Source of the DNA: Omnitrophica WOR_2 bacterium GWF2_43_52
Lineage (GTDB): Bacteria > Omnitrophota > Gorgyraeia > Gygaellales > UBA12090
DNA: 64,000 nucleotides
Direction of reading: 5' to 3'
Assembly (NCBI GenBank): GCA_001805445.1
Contig: MHGF01000036.1
Location: 7,526 to 71,525 of the forward strand
A program made the position numbers and the translations under genes. Shown one piece after another: positions 38,860 to 49,303 of the stretch (its first letter is position 1; each line of letters opens with the position of its first letter). A model generated the notes under the pieces. That model did not search any database. It was not told the DNA's origin and saw nothing but the letters and a program-made list of their open reading frames with translations.

Positions 38860-40719
38860 ATGAATGATAAGATCCCGCTCATAAGCATTATTGTCGTTAA
38901 TCATAATGGGAAGCAATTCTTGGAACCTTGTTTCGGCACGTTATTAAATCTTGCTTATCCGAAAGATAAAGTAGAGCTCATTATGGTAGATAATTGTTCT
39001 ACAGACAATTCTGTAAATTTCGTTAGAGAAAGATATCCAGAAGTTATCGTTCTTAAGAATGATGTCAATAATTACTGCCGTGCTAACAATGTGGGCATAG
39101 AGCACGCGAAAGGTGAATTTGTGGCTGTGCTCAATAATGACACAAAAGTGGAGCAGAATTGGCTTCGTGGGCTTGTGAATCTAATGATAGAATATCACGA
39201 TGTTGCCGCGGTAGGAAGTAAAATCTTATTTATGGATGGTAAAATAAATAGTGTAGGGCATAGGGAATTGCCTGATTTTTATTGGACAGACCTGGGATAT
39301 AAGGAAACTGATGGTGGCCAGTATGATACTGTTTGTCAGGCCAGTAGTGTATGCGCAGGCGCAGCACTATTTAGAAAAACAGCCATAAAGCAAATAGGCC
39401 TGTTCGACGAAGACTTCGAGATGTATGTCGAAGATGTTGATGTAGCGATACGCCTTAAGAAAAGTGGATGGAGGATAATGTATTCTCCTTTTGGTATTGT
39501 TCATCATCAATTTCATGGGACATCAAATGATGCGTTGGCAAGATTCTATGTGGAAAGAAACCGGTTGTTACTTATTGCAAAACATTATCCGGAAAAATTG
39601 AGCGCTGCATTTTTAGGGAGAGGTTATTTTACCGTGACGCACGATAGTAATAACCTTACCGACGTGTATGCCATCCTGCCGTTAGTATTTTCAAAATTGT
39701 TACGCCACCATGGTATTGAAACAATTAATGCCCTCTTGCCAGATCTATTTGATAATTTAAAAAAAATTCTTAATTTTGAGAAAGATTATTTAATCCAGGC
39801 TTTAGATGGCGAAAGAGTAAAGCTTCAGCTTAAAGATAAAGAGTTAACCCAAATAGATATCGAAAAAAAGGAACAGTTGCAAGATGCTTCGCAACAGCTC
39901 CAACAAAGGCTTGCTGAGCTTCAGTTAAAGGGTAAAGATTTGCTTCAAAAAGACGCCATTATACGAGAAAAGAATGATCTGTTAAAGCAGGTTTCCGAGC
40001 AGCTTCAACAAAAGCTTTCCGAAGCAGATGTTCTTAAAAGACAAATTGACGCTTTTTATTCTTCAGAGACATTTAGGTATGTGGTTCGTCCGTTATGGGC
40101 AATGCTTGAGTATATAAAGAAAACTCGGAATGGGCATAAGGGAAGAGAGGCTGAAAAGCGCGTTTTGTTTATCAAGCCCCAACAAGTATCTGTTCGGGAT
40201 ACTGAGAAGATATTAGAAGAATTCCAAGAGCAATATCCCTGCGCACGAATTTCCTTAATTGGTAATTTGCTGGTAGATGATTATGGGCGATTATCTCGAA
40301 ATGCTACGATCAACGAGGGGTTGTTGTATTGTCCCGATGCCAGAAGCTTTAGCATTTTAGAAAAAGTGCGGTTGACCTTACAGTTGCCAAGAAAGAAATA
40401 TGCTGTGGCGATAGTGCTGGCAGGGCAACGGTTTTATCTAGGGTATACTCTTGCGAGAATGTTGGCTCTTTTAAGCGGCGCAAGAGAAGTTAAACAAATA
40501 CTGGTTGACAGAGGGAGCGGAGCGGAAAATCGCCTGGAGTCCATGCCTCTTAAGAAAATAGCGATAGTGAGGGATATGGTTGTGCAGAGTATAGTGCACT
40601 TGCTTAATGGCTTTTTTGTGTTAGGGGTCATGCTTCTTTTTTTCATCTTTATAATCATTGATTTAAAGATCAGAAAATTAATATATAAACTGAAAATCTA
40701 CTTCTTCGCTAAGATATGA
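38860..40719 (+). CDS. Family 2 glycosyltransferase with C-terminal coiled-coil region and C-terminal TM helix
   Basis: ISIIVVNHNG...MVDNCSTDNS...DED GT2-A motifs. About 100-aa heptad-like segment (LQLKDKELTQIDIEKKEQLQDASQQLQQRLAELQLKGKDLLQKD...). Terminal hydrophobic helix. Confidence 0.8.
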   Translation: MNDKIPLISIIVVNHNGKQFLEPCFGTLLNLAYPKDKVELIMVDNCSTDNSVNFVRERYPEVIVLKNDVNNYCRANNVGIEHAKGEFVAVLNNDTKVEQNWLRGLVNLMIEYHDVAAVGSKILFMDGKINSVGHRELPDFYWTDLGYKETDGGQYDTVCQASSVCAGAALFRKTAIKQIGLFDEDFEMYVEDVDVAIRLKKSGWRIMYSPFGIVHHQFHGTSNDALARFYVERNRLLLIAKHYPEKLSAAFLGRGYFTVTHDSNNLTDVYAILPLVFSKLLRHHGIETINALLPDLFDNLKKILNFEKDYLIQALDGERVKLQLKDKELTQIDIEKKEQLQDASQQLQQRLAELQLKGKDLLQKDAIIREKNDLLKQVSEQLQQKLSEADVLKRQIDAFYSSETFRYVVRPLWAMLEYIKKTRNGHKGREAEKRVLFIKPQQVSVRDTEKILEEFQEQYPCARISLIGNLLVDDYGRLSRNATINEGLLYCPDARSFSILEKVRLTLQLPRKKYAVAIVLAGQRFYLGYTLARMLALLSGAREVKQILVDRGSGAENRLESMPLKKIAIVRDMVVQSIVHLLNGFFVLGVMLLFFIFIIIDLKIRKLIYKLKIYFFAKI

Positions 40720-41912
40720 ATATATGTTTCCTATCCAGAGAGTATCCTCCTAAGATTATTGGTGGCGTTGGTACCTATACCTATGAAATGGCCCAGGCAT
40801 TACGCGCGTTAGGCCATGGAGTGTACATCATTACAGAGGCTATCGGTGAGGAAAGGGAATTGTATGAGGATGGCATTTATGTAATGAGAATCGCCTGCCG
40901 GGATATTCCCTTATTTGCTCCTTTTAGAAATGTGCTCAAGATGACCATTGATCGTTTAGAATACAGTTATGCCGTATCAAAAAAGTTGAGCCGCATAGTT
41001 GAAAAATATAAAATAGATATCGTTGAGAGCTGTGAAGCTCGGGCTGAAGGATTTTGGTATTATCTGTTTCATCGTAAGCCGCCTTTAATCATTAAATTGC
41101 ATACACCAGAAAAGATAGCATTTAGGCTTGACCGCATAACTGAGAGCTTAGATGTAAAAATAAGAAATTTATTAGAAGAATGGTGGATTCTTCGGGCAGA
41201 TAAGATAGTCGCGGTAACAAAGGCCATAGCGGGATTAGTATCGCACTATTACCATATTGAGTTAAAAGATTTATCTCCAGTATATTATCCTCTCAACGCG
41301 GAACTGTTTAAGCCAAATGGTCACCTATCAAAGAATACGAATCCGGTAGTTTTATATGCGGGAAGGCTAGAGGTAAGAAAAGGTGTGCTCATATTATTGG
41401 AGGCAATCCCTTTGGTTATTGCAGAATTTCCCAATGTTCAATTCTATTTTGTTGGTGCCGATGCAGGCATTAAATATCGCATGGATAAAATGATTGATAG
41501 GCTTGGATGTGCAAAAAATATCACTTTTGTTAGTCAAGTAAGTAGAGAGGAAATGGTCTCTTATTATCGGTCTTCCGATATATGCGTGTTCCCCTCACTA
41601 TGGGAAAATTTTGCTTTTACTGCGCTTGAAGCTATGGCATGCGCTAAGACAGTGATCGTTAGCCGTACAGGAGGATTCCTTGAAATGATTGATGACGGGG
41701 TAACTGGTATTTTTTGTGACCCCGAGGATCCCTGCGATGTAGCGGAAAAGATGCGATGCGCTCTAAGAGATGCCTCATTTAGAGCGTCTATAGGGGAGCA
41801 AGCAAGGGCCAGAGTATTACAGAGGTATGCCCCAAGAAAAAAGGCAAAGGAGATGGCTGAAATTTATCAAAAAATGCTTAGCAGAAATAATCATGATAAA
41901 AAGGGAGAGTAG
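40716..41912 (+). CDS. Glycosyltransferase family 4
   Basis: REYPPKIIGGVGTYTYEMAQAL N-terminus; C-terminal E..FAFTALEAMACAKTVIVSRTGG. Confidence 0.85.
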   Translation: MNICFLSREYPPKIIGGVGTYTYEMAQALRALGHGVYIITEAIGEERELYEDGIYVMRIACRDIPLFAPFRNVLKMTIDRLEYSYAVSKKLSRIVEKYKIDIVESCEARAEGFWYYLFHRKPPLIIKLHTPEKIAFRLDRITESLDVKIRNLLEEWWILRADKIVAVTKAIAGLVSHYYHIELKDLSPVYYPLNAELFKPNGHLSKNTNPVVLYAGRLEVRKGVLILLEAIPLVIAEFPNVQFYFVGADAGIKYRMDKMIDRLGCAKNITFVSQVSREEMVSYYRSSDICVFPSLWENFAFTALEAMACAKTVIVSRTGGFLEMIDDGVTGIFCDPEDPCDVAEKMRCALRDASFRASIGEQARARVLQRYAPRKKAKEMAEIYQKMLSRNNHDKKGE

Positions 41913-42170
41913 TTAATGAAGTGTTTATTACAGGTGCCAGGGCCATGGTATCGCTCTCTTGTTGAGATTTGCATGAGACGGCCAAGATAAGAAGTACAGC
42001 CTTGTGGGTAAAAGGTATTCGAAGTGTTATTAATCCCTAGCATTAAATCAAATCCAGCTAAGCATAGTATATGCTCATCAACCATATTCTCAGAGATGGA
42101 AAAACAGGGTATTGCGGGCATCCCTGTAAGGAGAGGTAACTATTGCCTTATGTTTGGATCATAAGGAAAA

Positions 42171-44609
42171 ATGGTTAGATGTAGAAAAATGGGAAAAACA
42201 GCCCTGAGAGATATTTATTTGTTAAATGAGTTTACCGATATATGTAATTTGAAGTGCATTATGTGCGACCATGGGCGCGGTAAGAAGATCCATGGAGAAT
42301 ATCCTCTTGGTATCCTGCCAGACGAACAGTTCCAGCGTATCCTTAATCATATCAAGTATCAGGGAGTGCATATCAAGTGTTTTCACGCAGGATGGCTCGG
42401 CGAACCTCTTTGTCACCCCGCATCTTCCATCCTGCTTGCGCAATTATTTAGGGAAAACGCATTGTATAATTATTTTGACGGTTTTAGCATGAATACAAAC
42501 GGTATATTGTTGCATAAGGAAATAAGTAATGTTTTTTTAGACTATGCTCAGTTTCTAGAAGAAAAAAAATCAGGGTTTGTTAGGATTCATATGTCGCTTC
42601 ATGCAGCAACAAAAAAAATATATGAAACAATTACCGGTAAGCAGGGGGAAAATATTGGAAAGGTGTTGGATAATATTGATTATCTTATGGCAGAAAGAAA
42701 AAAGAGAAACCTTCAGTTGCCAAACCTAACGTTTCTTTTTGTTGTGACTGAGAGTAACAAAGACGAGGCTAAGGCATTTCTTCGTTTTTGGCAGAAAAAA
42801 CTCAAAGAATACAACAGAAAATTTGAAATTATATTTGATTGGCCAAAAGATGCTCCAGGGATTGATACCGATGCGATATATTTCAGGAGAGAAATTGCCT
42901 ATGAACAATATAAGGCAGAACAATTGCACAAGCAGGTAGCCTGCCGGCTTGGACTGATACCTAAGCCCATGATGAAGGAACGGATTATTAAATCAAACGA
43001 AGTGTTGCGGAAAACTGTAGAGGAAAACTACAATTATCAGAGACGACCATGTCCTGCCCTCTTTCGTACTCTCGTGGTTCATAACACAGGAATCGCAGTC
43101 CCTTGTTGCAGCGATTTACGCTTGGAATTGAAGGTAGGGGATTTGACAAAACAATCCTTAGACGTAATCTGGCATGGTGAGGCGATTACGGAAATGAGAT
43201 TGGCGCATATACGGGGTGATTTCGCAAAATATAACCGTTGTTGTTATTGTAACAATATTGATTCATTTGTAATTTCAGATGATGAAATAGTGCAGTATCT
43301 CGATGATATTGGCAGAAAAGATGAAATTATGCCTTTCTTAAGGCGTATGCGTAAGATGGAGGCAGTGTTACCGCTGCGCCTTCGGGAAAGATTAAACATC
43401 TGTTTGGTTTCTCGTGAGTATCCCCAAGAAACAGGGTGGGGGGGGATAGGAACGTATACTTATCAGTTAGCCACGGGATTAGAAAAGAAGGGGCATACAG
43501 TGCATGTGGTTGCTTTGAGTTTAAATGGGAATAAAGAATATACGCAGGATCATATTTATGTCCATCGCATAGCTGCTTCCGGCCTATTTTGCTTTAAGGG
43601 TTTTTTCCCCGAGTTTCTTACTCGGTTAGAATATAGTTATCATCTCTACAAAACATTGCAGCAGCTTATTCGTAAGTACAGTATTGATATAGTAGAGGCT
43701 CCTAACTTCTTCGCGGAGGCCTTTATTTATTCTTTATTCGGGAACGTCCCTCTGGTGATACGGTTACATTCATCCTTTAAAGAAATAATCAAGGCATACG
43801 GATGGCCGTTTACCTTAGACCGGAAGCTAAGTTGTTTTATGGAAGATAGTGCTATTATCCGTAGCGATTTAATAACGTGTTCAACGAAAATATGCGCTCA
43901 GTCTATGGCGGAAGAAGCGGGGATTGATGTTCGCAGGATTGCCGTGATTCCTTTAGGTGTAATGCTTCCTGATATCCAGGAGGAAAGGCTTGGAGATAAT
44001 TATGAAGATGATGAAACGTTGCGGGTACTTTTTGTTGGAAGATTGGAGCGAAGAAAAGGCGTGCATATTTTAATGCAGGCTATTCCCAGAATCTTAGAGG
44101 AAATGCCTCATGCGCATTTTACCTTTATCGGCAGGGATACCTTTATCAATGCCAAAAATTCCGCTTTCACAGGCTCAAAGAAGGAATCATTCAGAGAGTT
44201 TCTTTTAAAAGATTTTCCTCAGCGCATGAAGGGTAATCTTCATTTTCTAGGATTTGCTGAGGAAGCAGAATTGCGGCATTATTTAAGAAACTGCCATTTT
44301 CTCGTTGCGCCTTCCTTATATGAAACATTTGGATTTATTTACATAGAAGCTATGTCTTATGGAAAGCCTGTAATTGGTTGCAAGGTCGGAGGTGTGTCAG
44401 AAGTCATTATTGATCAAAAAACAGGAATAGTGGTGCCTCCTGCAGATTCAAATGCCCTCGCGCAGGCAATAGCATATTTGCTTAAAAATAAACAGGTGCG
44501 GGTTAAGATGGGTCAGGCAGCGTTTGAGCATGTTAAGAATAATTTTATTTGCGATACAATGATTGAGAGGACGCTCAATGCTTATAAAGAAGTCTTGCGC
44601 AGAAAATAA
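42171..44609 (+). CDS. Fusion protein: N-terminal radical SAM/SPASM domain (~400 aa) plus C-terminal GT4 glycosyltransferase (~400 aa)
   Basis: CNLKCIMC (CxxxCxxC) at residues about 25-32; Cys-rich SPASM-like region CPALF...PCCSDL...NRCCYCNN. GT4 then restarts with LNICLVSREYPQETGWGGIGTYTYQLATGL and ends with the E..FGFIYIEAMSYGKPVIG motif. Confidence 0.8.
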   Translation: MVRCRKMGKTALRDIYLLNEFTDICNLKCIMCDHGRGKKIHGEYPLGILPDEQFQRILNHIKYQGVHIKCFHAGWLGEPLCHPASSILLAQLFRENALYNYFDGFSMNTNGILLHKEISNVFLDYAQFLEEKKSGFVRIHMSLHAATKKIYETITGKQGENIGKVLDNIDYLMAERKKRNLQLPNLTFLFVVTESNKDEAKAFLRFWQKKLKEYNRKFEIIFDWPKDAPGIDTDAIYFRREIAYEQYKAEQLHKQVACRLGLIPKPMMKERIIKSNEVLRKTVEENYNYQRRPCPALFRTLVVHNTGIAVPCCSDLRLELKVGDLTKQSLDVIWHGEAITEMRLAHIRGDFAKYNRCCYCNNIDSFVISDDEIVQYLDDIGRKDEIMPFLRRMRKMEAVLPLRLRERLNICLVSREYPQETGWGGIGTYTYQLATGLEKKGHTVHVVALSLNGNKEYTQDHIYVHRIAASGLFCFKGFFPEFLTRLEYSYHLYKTLQQLIRKYSIDIVEAPNFFAEAFIYSLFGNVPLVIRLHSSFKEIIKAYGWPFTLDRKLSCFMEDSAIIRSDLITCSTKICAQSMAEEAGIDVRRIAVIPLGVMLPDIQEERLGDNYEDDETLRVLFVGRLERRKGVHILMQAIPRILEEMPHAHFTFIGRDTFINAKNSAFTGSKKESFREFLLKDFPQRMKGNLHFLGFAEEAELRHYLRNCHFLVAPSLYETFGFIYIEAMSYGKPVIGCKVGGVSEVIIDQKTGIVVPPADSNALAQAIAYLLKNKQVRVKMGQAAFEHVKNNFICDTMIERTLNAYKEVLRRK

Positions 44610-44697
44610 GCAGGAACCTTTACTTATGTATAATCCAAAAGACCAAATCACCCGTCATCTATTTTCTTAAAGCCCGAATGGTTATGATGTCCACAGA

Positions 44698-46053
44698 ATG
44701 AAAATCATGCAAGTAACGCACAGTTTCCCGCCGTATACCTTTGCCGGAACTGAGGTATATGCATATGCCTTAGCAGTAGAGTTGTCTAAAAGGCATAGGG
44801 TTTCAGTAGTGTTCAGGGTCAATCAGCCTCATGAAAAAGAATATGCGCTATCTGTTAATAATCGCGGAGATTTTGCAACGTACAGTATTAATAGAACATT
44901 TAATACGTGCGATTCTTTCGGCCAGACATATGATGACCACATAGTATCTGCTATAGGAGGGAGGCTTTTAGACGAAGTTAATCCCGATGTGGTGCATATC
45001 CAACATCTTTTATTCCTTTCTATAGGGATTATTAAGGAAGCTTGGAAAAGGAGGATACCTGTAGTTTTTACTCTCAATGATTACTGGTTAATGTGCCATA
45101 AGGGGCAGTTAATCAAAAACGATTTTAAGGTTTGTCAAGGATATACGATAGATGGCTGTAGAGTGTGTTTGGAAGCGCAGTTGAGTATAACAAAATATAG
45201 CATTTTCTTTTATAATCTTCTAAGGAGGCATTTGCCCGTTCAGCTAACACAGTTTGTAAAGAGCCTTTATATACTATTTGCCAGAAAAACATTTTTGAGC
45301 CAGAGGAAATCCTCCACGTTAATTTTAAAGCGTTATGCGTCTATGCAGGCAATAACTTCACGTATCGACTATTTTGTCGCGCCATCTCAGTTCATCAAAA
45401 AGAAATTCATCGCATTCGGGTTCCCTCAGGAAAAGATATTTTTCTTTTCCTATGGAATAAAACACCGAAGCGTAAGCCCTGGGGATAAAACTTATTCCCC
45501 TAATTTAAGAATAGGCTATATCGGGACGTTAATCCCGACGAAGGGGGTTAGTATTCTGATTTCCGCCTTTAGAAAGATTATTAAAAAGAATATCAGGCTC
45601 AGTATCTATGGGAAATTAGCCCCGTATGCTGGCTATGAAGCATATTATAGGCAGATTATTAAAAGTGCGCGCGATGAGAGAATTGCCTTCATGGGCCAAT
45701 TCGACAATAGCAAAATTTTTGATATATTAAGAAGTATCGATATTTTAGTTGTTCCTTCTCTGTGGCTAGAAAATTCCCCTTTGGTTATACATGAAGCCTT
45801 TATATCAAAAACGCCTGTTATCGCATCGCGAATCGGGGGGATCCCTGAGCTCATCTGTGATGGCATGAACGGTTTGCTTTTTAACCCCGGCGATGCCGAT
45901 GATTTAAGTGAGAAAATAAAGCAGGTTATGGAAAATCCTGAAATACTCGCGTGCATGAGAAGAAACATGCCGGCTATTAAAAGTATAGAAGAAAACGCTA
46001 TGGAAATGTTAGAGGTGTATAAGAAAGCATCTATGAATTGTGGCACGGTATGA
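44698..46053 (+). CDS. Glycosyltransferase family 4
   Basis: KIMQVTHSFPPYTFAGTEVYAYAL N-terminus; C-terminal E.SPLVIHEAFISKTPVIASRIGG. Confidence 0.8.
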   Translation: MKIMQVTHSFPPYTFAGTEVYAYALAVELSKRHRVSVVFRVNQPHEKEYALSVNNRGDFATYSINRTFNTCDSFGQTYDDHIVSAIGGRLLDEVNPDVVHIQHLLFLSIGIIKEAWKRRIPVVFTLNDYWLMCHKGQLIKNDFKVCQGYTIDGCRVCLEAQLSITKYSIFFYNLLRRHLPVQLTQFVKSLYILFARKTFLSQRKSSTLILKRYASMQAITSRIDYFVAPSQFIKKKFIAFGFPQEKIFFFSYGIKHRSVSPGDKTYSPNLRIGYIGTLIPTKGVSILISAFRKIIKKNIRLSIYGKLAPYAGYEAYYRQIIKSARDERIAFMGQFDNSKIFDILRSIDILVVPSLWLENSPLVIHEAFISKTPVIASRIGGIPELICDGMNGLLFNPGDADDLSEKIKQVMENPEILACMRRNMPAIKSIEENAMEMLEVYKKASMNCGTV

Positions 46054-46084
46054 TAGTAAATCCTGTGTAATGTTCTGGCAGCCT

Positions 46085-47995
46085 ATGATGAGCGTAGCTT
46101 TCTTTTTCTTTTTTTTGACTTCTTCGGCCTTGGCAGATACGCTTGAGAGTACGCGCGTCGTGAAGGAGGTTGTAATAAAGAATGTCGTAAGGCCGCTTGA
46201 AGAAGTCTCTATAGAGATTAAAGTCGATATTTCTTTAAAGCAGCTAGAATTCAAAATTCAAGACGCAGCGGGGAGCGTGTATGATAGGCAAAAAGTTGCG
46301 GTTCACGGGGGCGTAGCGAAAACGACCACTTTTGTCGGCGGCGCTATCGGGGTGCATACGTTATCAATATTCTTAAATCAGGAAAAAATAGGTGTAGCGA
46401 ATTTCATGCTTGATCCGGAGACTTTGATACAGACAAAAGGCGGGAGGATTGATTCTTTTCTGGAAGGGTTAAAGTCGCAAGTAGAAAAGGATAGAACTAT
46501 ACATATGGTTAATAATGAGCCGGTTAACCTGTATGCCGTATGGCTTCGAGATCATATTTATGAGATGAAAGGGTACAAGTATTGGGAGAATGATGTTGCC
46601 TCAGGATTCGGCTTTTTTTTAAAAAGGCAGCATCCCAGGGGTTTCTTTTATGAGATAAAAGTCCCCCCCGAAGATCCTCATGTGGCATGTGTTTCTCCTG
46701 AATGGATTAGCCCTGATAAAAAGAATAACTTTATTTTAGTGAGATTAGAAATAGAGGCGGATATTGAGTATTTGATGGTGGAGGCTTTATATACCATATG
46801 GCAGGCAACCGGCAATAGTGTTTTGTTAGAGCCATATTTATTAAAGGTGGAAAAGGGATTGCTGTATCTCATGAGCGACCCTGACAGATGGTCATCTCGG
46901 CATGGTTTGGTCAAGAGGGCATTTACCATAGATACATGGGATTTTACCTATGCTGCCGATACTTGGGATAGAAACATAACAGAAGATACTCCTATGGCAA
47001 TTATGCATGGGGATAACAGCGGAGTTTACTATGCCTGCAGAAAGTTATCGGAACTTTATAGGCTTTGCGGGAATATTCGTAAGTCAAGATACTGGAGAAG
47101 AAAGGCAGAACAGTTTAAAAGAAATACTAACAGGGTTTGCTGGAACGGAAAATTTTATACGCATCAGATTCATTTGGGCAAGATTCCCGATACAGGGCTC
47201 AAAGAAGAAGTGATCTTGAGTTTTAGCAATGTGTATGATATTAATCGCGGCTTGGCAGATCATCAGAAAGCAGTCAGCATCATTAAGGAGTATATTAAAA
47301 GATACAGAGAGCAAAGGAGTGAATATTTTGCGGAATGGTTTAGCATTAGCCCATCGTATGCTGAATTCCCGGGGAATTCTTTCCCGGGGTATACAGCAGG
47401 TAGTTATATTAATGGTGGCATAGCGTCTTTTGTAGCCGGTGAGCTGGCAAAAGCATCCTTTAACCATGGATTTGAGACGTATGGGCTTGATATTATCAAT
47501 CGCCTTTATAGCCTGTGGCAAAAGGATGGAAGAATATATTTTCTCTATACACGAGAGGGTAATGATCAGGGGGGAGGGCCTGAGGCATGGGGAGCTTCAG
47601 CGATTATTTCCGCTTTGATTGAAGGTCTGGCAGGTTTATATGATAAATCTTGTCTATTTAAAAATGTAGAAATATCTCCTCGTTGGGCAGTAAGTAACGA
47701 TAGGTATGCTTGGGTAATAGCGAGCTACGGCGCTTCAAAGGCATATTGCAGTTATATTTATACAATTTCTCCCCAAGGAAATAGTATTACCTTAAAATGC
47801 ACAAAATCAACCCGCGGGGAATATTCTTTTCATATCCTTTTGCCAAGCGGTAAGTTAGCGAATGCGGTTATGTGTAATTCTAGGAAGATTCCTTTTCGGA
47901 TTATAGATATGGAAGGCTCAAAGTATGCTGATTTTAAACTTAACTCTGAAGCGGTTATCCAGGAAATAGTCATATATTTGAAGGATGAGTTCTAA
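46085..47995 (+). CDS. Secreted hypothetical protein, possible (alpha/alpha)6-barrel glycoside-hydrolase-like fold
   Basis: Signal peptide MMSVAFFFFFLTSSALA; W.RD and aromatic-rich motifs weakly reminiscent of GH63/GH15-type toroids. Functional call is weak. The ORF could start at 46040. Confidence 0.35.
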   Translation: MMSVAFFFFFLTSSALADTLESTRVVKEVVIKNVVRPLEEVSIEIKVDISLKQLEFKIQDAAGSVYDRQKVAVHGGVAKTTTFVGGAIGVHTLSIFLNQEKIGVANFMLDPETLIQTKGGRIDSFLEGLKSQVEKDRTIHMVNNEPVNLYAVWLRDHIYEMKGYKYWENDVASGFGFFLKRQHPRGFFYEIKVPPEDPHVACVSPEWISPDKKNNFILVRLEIEADIEYLMVEALYTIWQATGNSVLLEPYLLKVEKGLLYLMSDPDRWSSRHGLVKRAFTIDTWDFTYAADTWDRNITEDTPMAIMHGDNSGVYYACRKLSELYRLCGNIRKSRYWRRKAEQFKRNTNRVCWNGKFYTHQIHLGKIPDTGLKEEVILSFSNVYDINRGLADHQKAVSIIKEYIKRYREQRSEYFAEWFSISPSYAEFPGNSFPGYTAGSYINGGIASFVAGELAKASFNHGFETYGLDIINRLYSLWQKDGRIYFLYTREGNDQGGGPEAWGASAIISALIEGLAGLYDKSCLFKNVEISPRWAVSNDRYAWVIASYGASKAYCSYIYTISPQGNSITLKCTKSTRGEYSFHILLPSGKLANAVMCNSRKIPFRIIDMEGSKYADFKLNSEAVIQEIVIYLKDEF

Positions 47996-47998
47996 CGA

Positions 47999-49303
47999 AT
48001 GAAAGTCCTACTTCTAAAACCATGTTGGCCGTATCCTGTCGGAGATGATTTTATCTATAACCGAATATGGCCTCCTTTATGCTTAGCCAACTGCGCTGCC
48101 TTGTTGCTACGAGAGGGACATACGGTAAGAATATTCGACGCGCATGCAGAGAGGACTCCCGCGGATAAAATTAAAGAACATGTATATGGTTTTGATAAAA
48201 TATTTATAACTTCTTCAGCGTTAGACAGATGGCAGTGCCCAAATCTAAACATAGAGCCTTTTTTACGCGCAGCCCGTCTGATAAGAAAAGAAAACGACGA
48301 ACTCTATGTGATGGGTTATCATGGGACTGTAAATCCTGATGAAATCTTATCGCTGACAGGGGCGAAGGCGATTATTAGGGGGCAGCCAGAAATAGGCGTT
48401 TTAGAGATATGCCAGAATCAAAGTTTATCCCGTATAAAAGGTATCAGTTATAGAAGCAGCGGTAAAATAATATCTACTGCCGAGAGAGCTGTGATAGACT
48501 TGGATACTCTCCCTGTGCCCGCCTTTCACTTGGTTAATTTTAAGTATTATTTTTATGAAATATTAGGGAGCAACTTTGCGTTGTTTGAAGGCTCGCGAGG
48601 TTGTACGCATGGGTGTACATTTTGTTCTAAGGTAATGTTTGGAGTTACCTTTAGGCAGAAATCACCCATGAGGTTAATGGAAGAGATTGATAGAGCAGTC
48701 AGAGAATGTAAGATAAAAACAGGCTATTTTATAGATCTTGATTTTACGCTTAACAAGAAGTGGGTTGAAGAAGTCTGTAGCCTTCTTATAGAAAGAAACT
48801 ATGATTTTGAATGGTGCTGCCAGGCAAGGTTAGATGAAGTTGATGCGCCGCTGCTAAAGAAGATGAAACAGGCAAAGTGCCGGTTAATTCATTATGGCGT
48901 GGAAACAGCCTCTGATAAGATGTTGAGGCTGGCGCATAAAGGCTTAACTACTGAGAGAATAACAGAGGGGATACGATTGACGCAGGAAGCAGGGATTAAA
49001 ACATTGTGCTTCTTTATGATAGGGTTATCATCTGATAGTAGGGAAGAAATGAGGCAGAATATGGCGTTTGCCCATAGATTAAATCCTACGTACCTGCATT
49101 ATCATCTTGCCGTTTCTTATGGCGCATCCTGTATTCAGGAGAATAGCCTTAATCTTCCATGCGATGTGAGCAGGCGAATGATTAAGCACGCCATTATGAA
49201 ATTCTATCTTCGCCCAAGGTATATAATCCAGCGTCTGAAGCAGAAGGAAGATAGAAAAGCCATGCTCAGGCAGTTGAAACTATTATATGCATATATACGA
49301 TGA
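47999..49303 (+). CDS. B12-binding domain radical SAM protein (class B radical SAM)
   Basis: N-terminal cobalamin-binding Rossmann-like domain; radical SAM triad GCTHGCTFC; 434 aa. Confidence 0.8.
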   Translation: MKVLLLKPCWPYPVGDDFIYNRIWPPLCLANCAALLLREGHTVRIFDAHAERTPADKIKEHVYGFDKIFITSSALDRWQCPNLNIEPFLRAARLIRKENDELYVMGYHGTVNPDEILSLTGAKAIIRGQPEIGVLEICQNQSLSRIKGISYRSSGKIISTAERAVIDLDTLPVPAFHLVNFKYYFYEILGSNFALFEGSRGCTHGCTFCSKVMFGVTFRQKSPMRLMEEIDRAVRECKIKTGYFIDLDFTLNKKWVEEVCSLLIERNYDFEWCCQARLDEVDAPLLKKMKQAKCRLIHYGVETASDKMLRLAHKGLTTERITEGIRLTQEAGIKTLCFFMIGLSSDSREEMRQNMAFAHRLNPTYLHYHLAVSYGASCIQENSLNLPCDVSRRMIKHAIMKFYLRPRYIIQRLKQKEDRKAMLRQLKLLYAYIR

